Assembly (NCBI GenBank): GCA_045837725.1
Contig: JBEWZL010000098.1
Location: 1-64,000 of the forward strand
Origin: Vermamoeba vermiformis
Taxonomy: Eukaryota
Length of the DNA: 64,000 nt
Reading direction: 5' to 3'
Made by a program: the position numbers and the translations under genes. Shown here piece after piece: positions 46,949-59,686 of this stretch. The notes below the pieces were generated by a model. It was not told the origin of the DNA, did not search any database, and saw only the letters and a program-made list of their open reading frames with translations. How positions within the stretch are numbered: the stretch's first letter is position 1; every line of letters begins with the position of its first letter.

Positions 46949-49155
46949 TCAAAAAGGGACGACTTTACGACCCTGAACATAAACTTCGCTGATGTTTCGA
47001 TCGTCTCCATTAAAGATGAACTTCTCAAAGATTTGTTCCATCGTATCAACGGAGAAAATATCAATTGGTGAGTCATTCACATACGGATCAACAACCAGGG
47101 CATCGAAATTCTTGCCGATCTTGAAGTTTCCGAGCTTATCTTCCATACCTACGACCTGGCTTCCACCTAATTAATTAAGACCGTTAATTTTCGTGTTTAC
47201 GCTGATTGCAATAAGCAAACATATTAGAGTCGCTAAAAATAGCAACTTGCCTGAAAAGTTTTACTTACCAACAGTAGCCAAATAAAACGCTTCCTTCCAC
47301 GTCAAAGTAGTGTTAGGCTTATTGGTACCGATAGCATCCGAGTTGACGTAGTGAATCGATGAGTTATGAATTGCACCACGAATGTTCGCTAAAATATACG
47401 GGCTATATCCTCCTGAAACGTCCGTACCGATACTAAACAAATAAACTGTTAGTATACCACCGTAGATGCGTCGATAGATTAAAAATCTATAAATAACAAT
47501 TTACGCTCTGATTCATGAACGAGCGAAAACTTACGACAACTTTACGCCTTCATTGATCACTTTACGGCTATCGAGGAAACCACTGCAAAGGGAGAAGTTC
47601 GATAATGGGCAATGAGAGATACCAGCTTTAAAAATGAATCAAATCCGTTAGTCAACACAGAAAAATCGGCCAAGTTTAGCAAAACAATTACCTCCTCGCT
47701 GCTTGAATAAGGCAAGCTCTTTATCGGATAAGTAAACAGCATGCGCCATAATAGTTCTTTCGTTAAGCAAGCCATAATGATCGTAGACATGGCTGTAAGT
47801 TTCGTGTTGTGGGAACAGCTCCTTAACCCAAGCAATTTCCCCTGCAATATCAAACAATAAATCTATATTTTTTATCTATAAACGACCAAATAGTCAATTT
47901 TAAAATTAAATCGGGTTCGATTGCGACAGCGTGGATCTCGGGGATTTTCGGTGATTAGAATTTCGCAGGCGTGCTAAAACGTACTTACCCTTGTTCTCGC
48001 TGATATGAGATTGAATAGGAATGTTGAATTCCTTCGCGATATTTCCCAAGTTCGTCATTAATTTGTCCGAGCATGTTGGGGCGAATCTGGGCGTAACGAT
48101 GGAAGTCACTAAAGAACCTGCTTTGCCCTCAGTAGTGAACTTAGCAAAATCTCTAGCTTCCTCAATCGATTGATCGGTTGGCGTTATGTAATGGGGAGGG
48201 CTATTTTGATCCATCGACACGAGACCAACATAGGCTCTAAAAAAACGCGACAATTTAGGAAACTTACTTAATGATAATAACAGATCATAAATTGGTTTAG
48301 ATTCAAGTCGTTTATCAATTTCGATTTCGATTTCAAGTTTCTTAATGCAAAAAAGCGGGTTTGATTCGATTACGGTTATAAATAGCCTTTGCTGTGTTTG
48401 TGTTACCTTTGTCCGTATTGCTGACACAAATTAGCCAATAATTTCGTAGCCTCCAAATGAATCGTTGCAAAATAGACCGTCATGGTGTTACCACAACGAA
48501 GAGATCTTTTGACAACTGGATGAAGTAATTCGTGTTAAATACAGAATATTGCCAATGGGATTAGTATATCCGACGCACCTTTAGTATAGACTTCACGAGC
48601 AAAATCCAAGCTGTTAAATTTCGATTCGTAATTGAAGGTGAACTTTTCAAGCCATTCAAGCAAAGGAATGCCAGTGGCGGTTCCTAAACAATATAATGAT
48701 TACATTACGTTTATATGGACGTATTAATGCCTTACCGGTGAATAAATACTGAGGAGCATGGCAGTGCGTGTCGATAAAGCCAGGAATCAAAAACTTCTTG
48801 CCCAAGTTGGTTACTTTTGACTCATCTGTTGAAGAAAAGTTAGTATTTTTAATTAATTCGATGACCAACATATTATAATTAATACGCTATTTATTATTTT
48901 AATTTTGGAAGGAATAAAATATCAAACTGCAATAAATTGCGCCAACGTTGAACCGCCTAATTTTAAAATATGCTTACCAAAATTATGTTGTTTAATAGCC
49001 TCGTTAAATTCTTCTTCAGTTTTGGCAGCAAATACAATCTCACCGGTTGAAGAGACGCCGATGCCACCGTTTCGAACAACTTCAATATCACCAAGGGTGA
49101 CAGCGTGAATATATGTTCCTTTGAATACTTTATCGAGACTTCCTTTGCCTTCCAT
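46949..49155 (-). CDS. GDA: Guanine deaminase; multi-exon
   Basis: PGFIDTHCHAPQY; VTPRFAPTCS; IQSHISEN; MAHAVYL; HCPLSNF; GTDVSGG; GDDRNISEVYVQG. Confidence 0.93.
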
Positions 49156-49296
49156 GGTGAAAAGATTCTTTCTCAAATAAAAATCACGAAAGAAAACTCG
49201 CCCATTACACAACGTTGTAAATTCAGCTCACTTCATGTAAAAGAACCACTAACCTACATGAAGTATAAATTAATATATAAGGACGATATCTTTGGG

Positions 49297-50749
49297 TTAG
49301 TCTTCTTTTTCCTCTTTCGAGGATCCGCCCTTTTTTATTTCGATAAGTTGCTGATCTGAGGCAGTCAATTTAACTGCCGCTTTACAAAACTTCGTCTTAC
49401 AGTCGATGCCAATAGCACTGAAGCCTAAATAATTCGCAACGGCCAAGACAGTTCCGTGGCCGCAGAACGGATCAACAATGGTAGCTTTGGCAGGCTGAGG
49501 ACAGTACTGCTTAATAAATTCTACGGCTATTAATGTCGAATGGTAACCCATGCCTCGTTTCCATACTGCTTTTCCTACCGAGTAAATTAAATTAGCTTTT
49601 TTCTAGATTTGGATGTGCCGCTTCGGAACTTACCCCGATGAGCTACGTCAGGCGATACTTTCAGAAGCTTATCATTCAAGTTCTTAGTAAAACAGAGCAA
49701 ATGGCTGTACGAAGGTCGTCCGTACGATACTTCAGGACCACCTTGCAACATTATTTTGTGCCATAATAATTTGCAGTTACTTTGTACAGCTGCTGTTTGA
49801 ATCAAAAAGCTCTTATCGACCCATTCCTATGCATATAAAATTAATACATAGGGCTTTTAGACTAGTCCACCAAAAAACTGTTAAAGTTTCACGAGGTAAT
49901 TGGTACGTGTTCCAAAGCGATAGTAAGAATTGCTTTAAAAGGTTTAAACTTACGATCACGTGCTCATTTTTGTCGGTTATTCTGCAATCAGTTTGATAAA
50001 ACAGTGCGAGTCCGTCATCGCTCAACTTCGACATGATAAGAGCTGCCGTTGACACGAACCAAGACTTCCACTATTCGATAAATATCATTAGTACGATATA
50101 TTCTAGCCATCATATGAGTATTATTGCATACCTGATCCAAGGTGAGCTTCATTTCTGAGTGATCCGGAAGTGATGTCACGACGTAATCAACACTCGTTTG
50201 CTCGTTGAGCCATCGAATAGAATCTATTATAAGGAGTTATAATACTATTTTTTAGAAGGTATTTAAGTAGGTACCCCTGCACAGGACCACACGGTTTGGA
50301 TGCATCTCGGATTTAAATGTTATTTGAGGGTCTGGCGTCTTTAATGTCGCTTGAATTGCTTTAACTGATAAGTGCTTTTGATTGGTAGTGGCGATAGTTG
50401 TCGTAGGTTGGTTTGAGTGAACAGCGTCACCCACATCTTCACTCGAGCTGTCGTCGTCTACCTGCTCAATTGTTTCCTTCTTCTCCGCCTTAAATAACCA
50501 GATATATAATACAAATGCTACATTCAACGCAATAGACTTGTAAGTAAGCGTCTGTTAAAATAACAGGGTCAAAAAAATATCTACCGGTGCAGTTACGACG
50601 TAATTTTCGTAAAATAACCACACAAAATATTGTACAATTTTTACCTCAATTTTTCCACACGACAGATCGTGGCATAAATAGCGATCGACATTGTTGGCGA
50701 AGAAAAACGCCAGATTCAGTCCAAGCAACAAATATATTTCTTTACGCAT
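49297..50749 (-). CDS. N6/N4 DNA-methyltransferase-like protein (beta order) with hydrophobic N-terminus; multi-exon
   Basis: VDYVVTSLPD (motif IV-like) precedes IVDPFCGHGTVLAVA...AIGID (motif I, SAM binding). Confidence 0.65.
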
Positions 50750-50947
50750 CACATATGGTGGTGTTGTGGTTATAGATACTTTGTTGAAGTACGGAATCAT
50801 GATTTCGGGGTCCCAGGAACGGGAACAAAAAAAAACCCGTCATTTATTTCGTGGAAGTGAATTTGAATTTTTTCGCGGTTTTGTCCTTTATTTTTTGAAC
50901 TAAGCGGCACAAGAGAAACCAGTACTCAACCTAAAATCTTGTTTATA

Positions 50948-53900
50948 ATGGCTTCATCGATTTTTGGTGGTTTTTCTTTTGCCGTTACGGATACGTCCTC
51001 AAAGCCAACCACTGAAATAATCAAATTAATTAAGCAGTATGGAGGCAGCGCCAGCTATATGCTCAATAAGAAGGTATTAATATTAGATAATTTTATTCAA
51101 TAGTAATTAACTTTTTGCTGCACTAGACAACGCATTTGGTAACAACTGCTGAGCAAGTGGCCAATAAATCCATCAAAGTGAAAACTGCTCTTGATTATGG
51201 TGCCAAAGTGCTATCAGACAAGTTTGTCCTCGATTGTATTGCAGAGAACCAGCTGGTAGACGACTCAAAATATCTATTGACTGCTAAAGAAAGCTTTGAA
51301 CAAAAGGTAAGGCGCATCCGTTAAATTGATGTTCGTTTCTATTGATTACATAATCATATTGCAAATTTCGTGACGCTTTCACCCATTCAAATATCAGATC
51401 ATTAACTATCTTTTTTTGTGATCTACAGCCCAAAGACTTTTTCAATTATCAGAAGGAGTTCATCACCGAGGCTGAAATGTTAGCCAAACAAGAGGAGCTT
51501 AAGAAAGCTGAAGAAGAACGAAGTAAGTCTTAGTTTTCCTTATGCCGCCAAAATTACAAATCCAACCTGAATTGAACTGATCTCAACCTCTTTTCTTTCG
51601 CAAATCCCTTAACTATGCACGTTATACTCATTAATATCGTTAAATGAAAGCAAAAGTCTTTATTTTGTTGACTGGATCTGTTGATAGTCTTTACTAACAC
51701 GTTGTTTTAACAGAGAAAAAAGAAGAAATTGAACAGAAGAGATCTCAAGCCCGATTGGCTGCATTAGCAACTCCTGATCCTCATGCAATCTCATTTGGAT
51801 CTACCCACGCCCCGGTCATCACAGCCGCACCCCAACAACAAGAGGCTGTGGATCCGAACAGAGTTATTCCTAACCAACGCAAGCCACGTCCTACTGTCGT
51901 GGGTCAGTTCGAGAAGGCTAAGGTCTGGAGAACTGACGACAAGAACCAACCTGCGTTCCCTGCCGAATACGACCTCATCTACTACGATACCCTGCAGGTA
52001 CGACCTTTTTTATTGCTTGTTTTCATACTAAGCCGAGACTAATGCCATTTCACCACTTAGTGGACTGATGTGCAAAGCAATCATAACAAGTACTACTGCT
52101 TGGAATATCACATCGGCAAAATCGACGGCAAGGAGAAATACAGATTGTACACTCACTACGGCCGAACGGATGACTTGATCACGAAGGGTAACAACTCTGG
52201 TCGACGAGAGTGCCGTTATTATGACTCTAATGACAAGGCTGAGGTAAAGGATCTGCGAGATCTTGCCACGTAATGCGCGTAGTACTAACGGTCCCATGTA
52301 GAACGGTTACGCTGCTCTGATTGAAGAGAAAACTCTCACAAAGGGCTACAGACGAGTCGATCTCCTCATCAGTAACATTGGTTCTGAAAAGCTTCGTGCT
52401 TGGTCGCAACAAAGCAAGGCTGCCGCACTCAACAACAACACTAACGCTGCCGCTGCTCCCAAAGCCCCCGTTGAGAACTTGCCTCGCGTTCCTCCCTCGC
52501 AATCTATCAAGGACTTGACTCGTTACATCTATGAGGAAGCAACCAACGCTTTGACCTCAACTTTGGGTAAAATCACTATCACTGCCAACGGTATCGAGAC
52601 TCCTCTCGGTGTTCTCAATGCACCACAAATTGAGAAGGCCGAAGCCTTGTTGAAGGAGCTGTATCAACTCTTCACTTTGGGTCAATCACAAGCGTCTACA
52701 AAGGCCAAGATTGAAAAGTTGTCCAACGATTTCTACACGATGATTCCTCACAACATTGGTCGTCAACGAGACAAGATTCAACAAGCCGTCATTAACTCGA
52801 TCTACTTGATCGAAGAGAAGCAAGAGCTTTTGCAGTTAATGAAGGATATGTTGCAAGTCGCTGCAGAAAATCCTTCCGATAATGCTTCGGATCTCGACAT
52901 GAAATACTTCGCCTTGAAGGTAAATATTTATTCTTTTGTTGGTTCTTGTTACTAACCAATATCCAGTGCAAAATTGACGAGGTCAAGAAGGGAACTGGCG
53001 ACTACATCCGCATTGAGAATCAAATTCAATCCACGTGCATCAAGGGCGAGCCCATCATTGTAGATAATATCTTTGCCATTTCTCGCCCCGCTGAAAAGGC
53101 TGCTTTCAAGAGCGAGATTATGGATCAACGCCTCTTGTTCCACGGCTCTCGTATTAGCAACTACGTCGGTCTTTTGTCCCGTGGTGTCTTGATGCCTAAA
53201 GTCGTTGTCGCTATGGGCGGCAAACGAAGAGACGGTACGTGCATTGTAAACATTCTTCAAGGAAGATCGATCTAACCCTTTATTTCAGCTGGTCTTTTGG
53301 GCAACGGTATCTATTTTGGTGATACTTCATCGACTAGCGCTGCATACACTACTGCTGGTGCCAAGGGCACTCGTATGATGTTGATGTGCAAGGTCGCTCT
53401 CGGCAACGTCAAGCACTACAACAAGGTCACTTTTGGCTTGACCGAGCCACCTGCTGGTTACAACAGTGTTCACGGTGTTCGTAGCACTCCCTCGCAACCT
53501 ACCGACTTTGTTGATGACGAGTACGTTATCTTCAATACCAACCAACAACAGCAAGAGTACTTGGTCGAGTTCCGATTCCAAGGCGAGACTTTAACTCCAT
53601 TGGCCCACAAAGAGGAAGTCAGAGCTATGAACCCCGCTGCCCCTGCACCCAAGGTCAACGACGCTCTTGCCTTTATGGAGAACCTCAAGAAGAGATTCCA
53701 TGACAAGCCTTTCGTTGTTAAGGAGTTTATGGAGATTATGAGCGGCTTTAAATCTGGAATGTAAGTCTTGCTCTAAGCCTGCACCTGCGTATCGTACAAA
53801 TCTAACCCTCTCCCTTAGTATGGATACAAGTGTCGTTGTATCACGTGCCAAAGAACTGTTCGGAAGCGAACCTGATTTGATACGTGACTTCGCCAACTTC

Positions 53901-56900
53901 TTGCCTCCTGGCGTGCTCGTTGTGGATGAAGCTCCTAAGAAGTCGTTCGCCGTAACAGAAGAAGATCTGTTGGGAATGAACGAAAACAAGCCCGAATCCT
54001 CTGGAGATCGATCGAGCTTGACTACTCTTGCGACTATCTCCGAGCCAAGCGCAGAATCGAACACCATGGGCTCTTCCAAGTTGAAGGGCATTGGTCTGCG
54101 CAAGTCTTTCAAGTCTGGCCCGACCTCTACTTTGTTGTCGTCCATCAAGTTCGACTCACCCTTGCAACTTAAGCCAACAGCCAAATTGTTTGGCCTAGAG
54201 AAGAAAGAACCGCAGTCCATCGACGAAGCAGACATTGATCCTCAAGATGTTGCTAAGGCCCTTGCTGGCAAGACTGACACCAAGGCAACTTTGCTCTCCG
54301 CCAAGACCGGCTTCGTCGACTTGGAGAACATGCGCCTTCAATCTGGTGTCAACAAACGCAAGCACTCCGTGTTCAGCGAGCATCACAACAAGGCCAAGTT
54401 AAAAGAGCTCCAAGAAGAGCAAGAACACCTTGCTAAATCGCTTCAACCTCGCAAGCGTCACGAGCACCCAATGAAGATCTCGAGCGACATGATCGCACAA
54501 TCTGCCAGCACTATTTTGGGCGGATCTACTTCCTCTGTTGGTGCTCCTGGCTCGACCTTTAACAACTTGACCACTTCGTTTGGTTTCAACAAGGCTCCTG
54601 CTTGGCGCAAGACTGTCAAGATGGCAGAGTCCACTATTGGTGCTGAAAACTTGAAGATTAAGCGCCAAGAAGACAAGCTCCGTGAAGTTTTTGCGCAAGA
54701 CAAGAAGAACTACAAGACCTCCGATCCTTATGTGCACCTTATTGACATCTTCAACAAGCGCGAATCTTTCTACTACCAGCAAGAAACCAAGGATGAGCTC
54801 GCCTTGCCCAAGCTCTTCAACAAGATCCGCACCCCCAGTAGCCAAGACTACGCCATTGTCACCAAGGATGAATTCAAGAAGAACTTCAAAGAAATCTGCA
54901 ACGGCGTTTTCAAGGGTCTTGATTGGAGCAACGTTTTCGTTGCCGGTGGTGCAGTTTTGGGCTCCGTGATGAACATTGCCGACAGAAGCGGTTTTAAGGA
55001 CTCGGACATTGACATGTTCTTGTACGGTCTTACTGAAGAAGAGGCCAACGAAAAGTTGAAGCACATCTACTTCATCGTGCAGTCCAACACCAAGGCCACG
55101 TGCGAAGTGATCAGAACCAAGAACGCAGTCACGATCTTGGGTCAATACCCGTACAGACACATCCAGATTGTGTTGAGATTGTACAAGAGCCCTGCTGAGA
55201 TCTTGATGGGCTTCGATATTGACGCTTGCACTGTCGGATTTGACGGCGACAGAGTCTGGGGCTTGCCACGTGCTCAACGCGCCTTGACCAAGCGTTACAA
55301 CTTGGTTGACATGAGCCGTCGCTCTTTGACTTACGAGGCTCGTCTCTACAAGTACGCCAAGCGTGGCTTCGCTGTTGCAGTTCCTGGCTTGGACAGACAA
55401 TTTGTCCGTGCTGATCTCTACCAAAAGAAACCTCACGAGGTTAAGGGCTTAGCCAAGCTTCTTTTGTTCGAGCACGAGGCTACTGGCGATATCCCTGCCT
55501 TCATTACTTGGAAACCTAAAGCTCAACGCTTCCAAGCTTACAGCAAGGACGACTTCACTGCTAACCGAATCAACGAGTTCGAGACCATTGAGCAGTTGAA
55601 GAAGATCAAGCCCGCCGCCCCTGCTGCTCCTACCATTCCTGGCTCCGCCGTGACAGTTGTCACCGCTCCTCAAGAACCTCAACCAGAGAAGCAAGTTGGA
55701 GACAAAGACCCTGACTCAGACTACAGCACCCTTTACGTGCCTTGGGGTCCTCAATGGTACACGCACCAAATCTTGAAGCACTTGGAGTTCCGTGACAAGA
55801 GACAATTCTTTGCTACGATCCACGAACAAAAGGCCAAGCCCAAGCACATTCTCTTCAGTGGCATTGAAGGCGTTATTGCTGGCCGTGCTGCCTGGGACAA
55901 GTACAACAATGAGCAACAACCCGCAACTGGTACTACTGAACAACAGAAGAACGAGTACATCGATGCTCATGTCGAAGGTCCTTTGAAATGGCTCACCGAG
56001 AACCCTGGTAGACAACTTCTCACTGGCAGTTTCCATCCCATTGACGATGACAACTGGTACAATGAGGCCTATGGTGCCTTCAACGACCTTGAAAGCGAGT
56101 TGCTCCAAGCCGTTTGCGATGCTTGCTTCAGCGGTCGCTCTGAAATCATTTCGATCTTGCTCCGAAAGGCTCGCAAGTTAGACTTGAACAAGGTTGATCC
56201 TCACACTGGCCGCAATGCTCTGATGCACGCCTGCTCTCAAGGCCACCTTGATGCGTTCAGACAGATCATTGACAAGGACGTTGATGCTAATATTCTTGAT
56301 GTCAAGACCGGCTTCAGACCCGTTCACTTCGCCGCATTCAAAGGCAGTGCTCTCATGACTGAGACTTTGTGCCGCAAGAACATTGACGTGAACGTTAAGA
56401 CCGAGATACAAGGCTTCACTCCTTTGCATATTGCCGCATACTACGGCAATGCTGATGTCGTCCGCGTGCTTGTAGACCACACTCAAATTGATTTGGCTGT
56501 CAAGGATAACAAGGGTCGCTCTATCATGCAATTGGCTGCTATGGGTGGCAACAATCGTGTCATTGAAATCCTCCTTAAGGCCAAGGCTCCTTTGATCATT
56601 GCCGATGAAAAGGGCGTCACACCAATTGTAAGTTTTATCACTAGTCCGTATTTAATACTTATTCTTACCGCTGCTATTAACAGAAAGCTGCTGCTGAGCG
56701 TGGACACTTGCGCGTTGTTGAAATGTTGGAGCACGCTTTGAAACTCCAAGCCAACACCGACCTCAATGGCGTTCCCATCGTTGAGAACACGACACAAGTC
56801 CCCGACAAGGAAGTTGAATTGTTGCAAGTGACTTCCACGGGCAATATTCCCAAGATCGAGCAAGTGTTGGAGAAGCCGAATGTATCAAGTGCCATCGCGT

Positions 56901-58497
56901 CTCAAAAGGACAAGTTCGGTATCACTCCTCTTCACATCTGCGCTCACCGCTCTTTTGCCTCGTCCCTTGTCGAGCTCTTCAGAAAGAAAGGCGTTGTGTT
57001 GAACGCAAAGGACAAGTACGGCCAGACTGCTCTGCACTATGCCGCTCGATACGCTAGTGTTCAGACTGTTAAGGCCCTCTTGGCGATCAACGAGGAACTT
57101 GCTGAAGAGGCTAGAAACACCAACTCGTTCTTGTAAGTTTGCTATTGTACCTTCTCGACAAAATTTTTCTAACCTCTCTGTAGTGCCAAGGACGAGAAGC
57201 CACGAATCTTCGTTGAACTTGAAGCTCAAAACATGTTTGGCCAGACTCCTTTGTACGTCGCTATGTTCCAATTAGCCAAGTGCCACTCGTTCAAGGACAA
57301 CTACGATGAATTGTCTGGCTTGCCTTTGGCTCAAGAGAAGCACGATTGGGAAGAAATTGCTCAGCTGCTCAAGAAGGCTGGCGCTAGATCCCCTGGCCTG
57401 TCGTTCTACTACAACTTGACTGGTGAATTGCCCTCGCCTTACTTGTCTAACGGCAAGGTCGTTAAGCTCAACAAGGCCACTACCCCACGCGAGACTTTGC
57501 GATCCGCCTTGAACGTAAGTAATACACTATGAAGCTTAATGTGTACTTACCATGTAACAGCTTGGCCTCTACGTGCCCGAGGTCGAAGAAGAGTTCGTGC
57601 CTTCGTACTTGAAGGGCAAGACTCAACCCAAGAAGCCAGTCTTCGAAGAGGAAGAGGATGATTTTGTTGCCATGCAACCTCCTCGCAAGAAGAAGTTCGA
57701 GTGGAGCGAGCCTGTCAGTGCCAGCCTGCCCAGATCACCTGTGCACGACAACACGCCAACCTTCAACTTCCCCATTCCTCAAGACAACCCGTTCACTGTT
57801 GGTGCTGTCGAGAAGAAGGCCACGGATGTAAGTACTCGTATTAAGATATATCAAGCAGTCCTAATTGTGCAACAGGCCAAGAGATCACCCATGAAGCACA
57901 GTCCATTCAAAAACGCAGAGCGAGAGCCTTCCTCGCCCGTTATGGCACGACGAGTATTGGACAATCAACCTGGCTTCTCGTTCGGTGAAACAACTCACTT
58001 TGCTTCAACTCCTTCCGAACCATTGCCCGCGTTCTCTCTTGCTCCTCAGCCAGGCCAACAAGCCGGTTCTTCTTTGTTCGTAAGCGACCCCGTGCCTGTT
58101 GGCGAGAAGCCTGCTTCAACCCAAGGCTTGGCTGCTTTGAAGGCTCGTGTCCTTTGTAAGTTCTTCCATCCTCTTGAGGTATACTAGCACGATACTAATC
58201 TTTCACAGCTCTCATCAAGCCAAATGATAAGCCAAAGACAGCTGCTGGCAAGGTGCTTTTAGGACTCAGTAAGCTCCATAAGAAGAGCTCTTTGTCCGCC
58301 GATGAAAAGTCACGCTTGAAGACCTTGGCCTTGCAAGACGACAAGAAGGTTGTTAGTGCCTTCCAAGCCTTTGAAGCTGATAAAGACGAGAATGAATTGC
58401 TCGACACTCTCAAGAGTAAGTTTTTAATTTGATGAATTCGAGTTACGGACACGAGACTAACTACTTTTCATTTGTAGTGATCATCACTCGTGCTTAA
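50948..58497 (+). CDS. Giant multidomain protein: BRCT, WGR, PARP regulatory and catalytic domains, PAH, nucleotidyltransferase-like domain, ankyrin repeats
   Basis: BRCT (GGSASYML..TTHLV); WGR-like (NKYYCLE...THYGR); LSNDFYTMIPH; LLFHGS, GIYF, DDEYVIF; PAH (ALAFMENLKKRF...FANFLP); NVFVAGGAV...SDIDMFLYGL; TPLHIAA repeats; exons joined by short GT-AG introns. Confidence 0.85.
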
Positions 58498-58568
58498 GCA
58501 ATTCAGCGCTTTTGTAAAAAAACTAGTGTTTTATATAAAATTATTTTGTTTTGACAAGCGACTTGCAC

Positions 58569-58576
58569 AAAAAAAA
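58569..58576 (-). terminator. RNA polymerase III terminator (T8)
   Basis: A8 on the plus strand, 28 nt downstream of the tRNA 5' half. Confidence 0.7.
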
Positions 58577-58604
58577 GAGAAGGGATGACAGCGTTGCGCG
58601 TCTA

Positions 58605-58713
58605 GGTGTGCTACCACTACACCACGTCGGCAGGCTGCTGTGACAAATGCAAAGCAAACCTTTGAATATTCCGACGGCAGGAATCGAACCTACGTCACCG
58701 GTGTGAAAGACCG
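58605..58713 (-). tRNA. Circularly permuted tRNA-Glu(TTC): 3' half 58713-58669, 37-nt spacer, 5' half 58631-58606/58605
   Basis: The halves join into a 71-nt cloverleaf: acceptor CCGACG/CGTCGG, D stem GTGT/GCAC, anticodon CCGGT-CTTTCAC-ACCGG, T arm GTAGG-TTCGATT-CCTGC. Confidence 0.8.
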
Positions 58714-58988
58714 AAGGAACGCGAGTGAACTATTTGGGCATCCCAAAAACATTGCGAGCGAGAGAAAACGGCACTTGTCTAGTGAACCAAATGCCGCGGT
58801 AGTGTACAGCCTCGAAATAAATTTAATCCCACGGGCGTTGGACGCAGAGGTACTGGATGATGTCGCTTTTGTCAACCTACATGCAAATCAAATCCTAGAT
58901 TTTTGATCGTCAAACTGCAAAGATTATTTATCGACGCGGTTTCGGTCCGAATCTTATCGCTTGAATTTATGTACGTGAGATTAAAATA

Positions 58989-59508
58989 TTACAAATCACC
59001 ACCGCCATCGTCCGCAGACTCCTGGCTTTTCTGGAGCCGTTTTAGTCTCATGGATTCAATATCCTCCAGAGTCGGAAGGTGAATCCGAACATTAGGCCAC
59101 GTATTTTTTTCTATTAGAATGTACAATCGGCAGTCTAACTGATGTATTTAGGAGCAGAGCGAACTGTAGCAAAAAATTGTACATTTCAGAATAAATAAAC
59201 ATAAAATAAACTCAACTTACTCCTGTTTCGGCGCATATCGCGAGATCATTTTGAATTCTAATTCGGAATAATGTTCTGCGGATCTCGCTCTCCAAAGACT
59301 GCCGCTTGTCTGCATCCGACTCTACCTCGCACTGCTTTTGCAACTGAGCTATGTGGTCCTTATACTCTTGTATCTTTGCAACAACCTCGTCTCTCTCCGC
59401 CTTATATTTATTCAGTTCAGCGATCTGACTCTGACTTAGCGGCTTCAGTCGCTTTTTCAAGTTCTTCGGCTTGTAAGTCTTTAAATGTTGAAGAGAGCCC
59501 TCATCCAT
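58989..59508 (-). CDS. Hypothetical coiled-coil protein; exon structure and ends uncertain
   Basis: Charged helical ORF MDEGSLQHLKTYKPKNL...AICAETG followed by a GTAAGT donor. Confidence 0.4.
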
Positions 59509-59686
59509 CCTAATATTGCTATTGTTTAATGCATATAGCCTCGTTACGTTTTTGGCGAGACAAAAGTAATGCGAGCTAAACTTACGTTTTTTCTCGGTTT
59601 CTGGAGGAATGCTAGCGATTGACTGATTCAAGAAGAAAAACTCAAAGCAAGAACTAGACAAAATGATGTATTTATTCGTTCCTTAC

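Noticed and set aside
54399-55436. 345-aa minus-strand ORF and neighbouring antisense ORFs
   Set aside because: Antisense to the strongly codon-biased PARP-NTase exon; no recognisable domain
58714-59100. Conventional intron-containing tRNA-Glu with an upstream 5' exon
   Set aside because: No matching acceptor and D-arm sequence was found upstream on the minus strand; the only matching 5' half lies downstream
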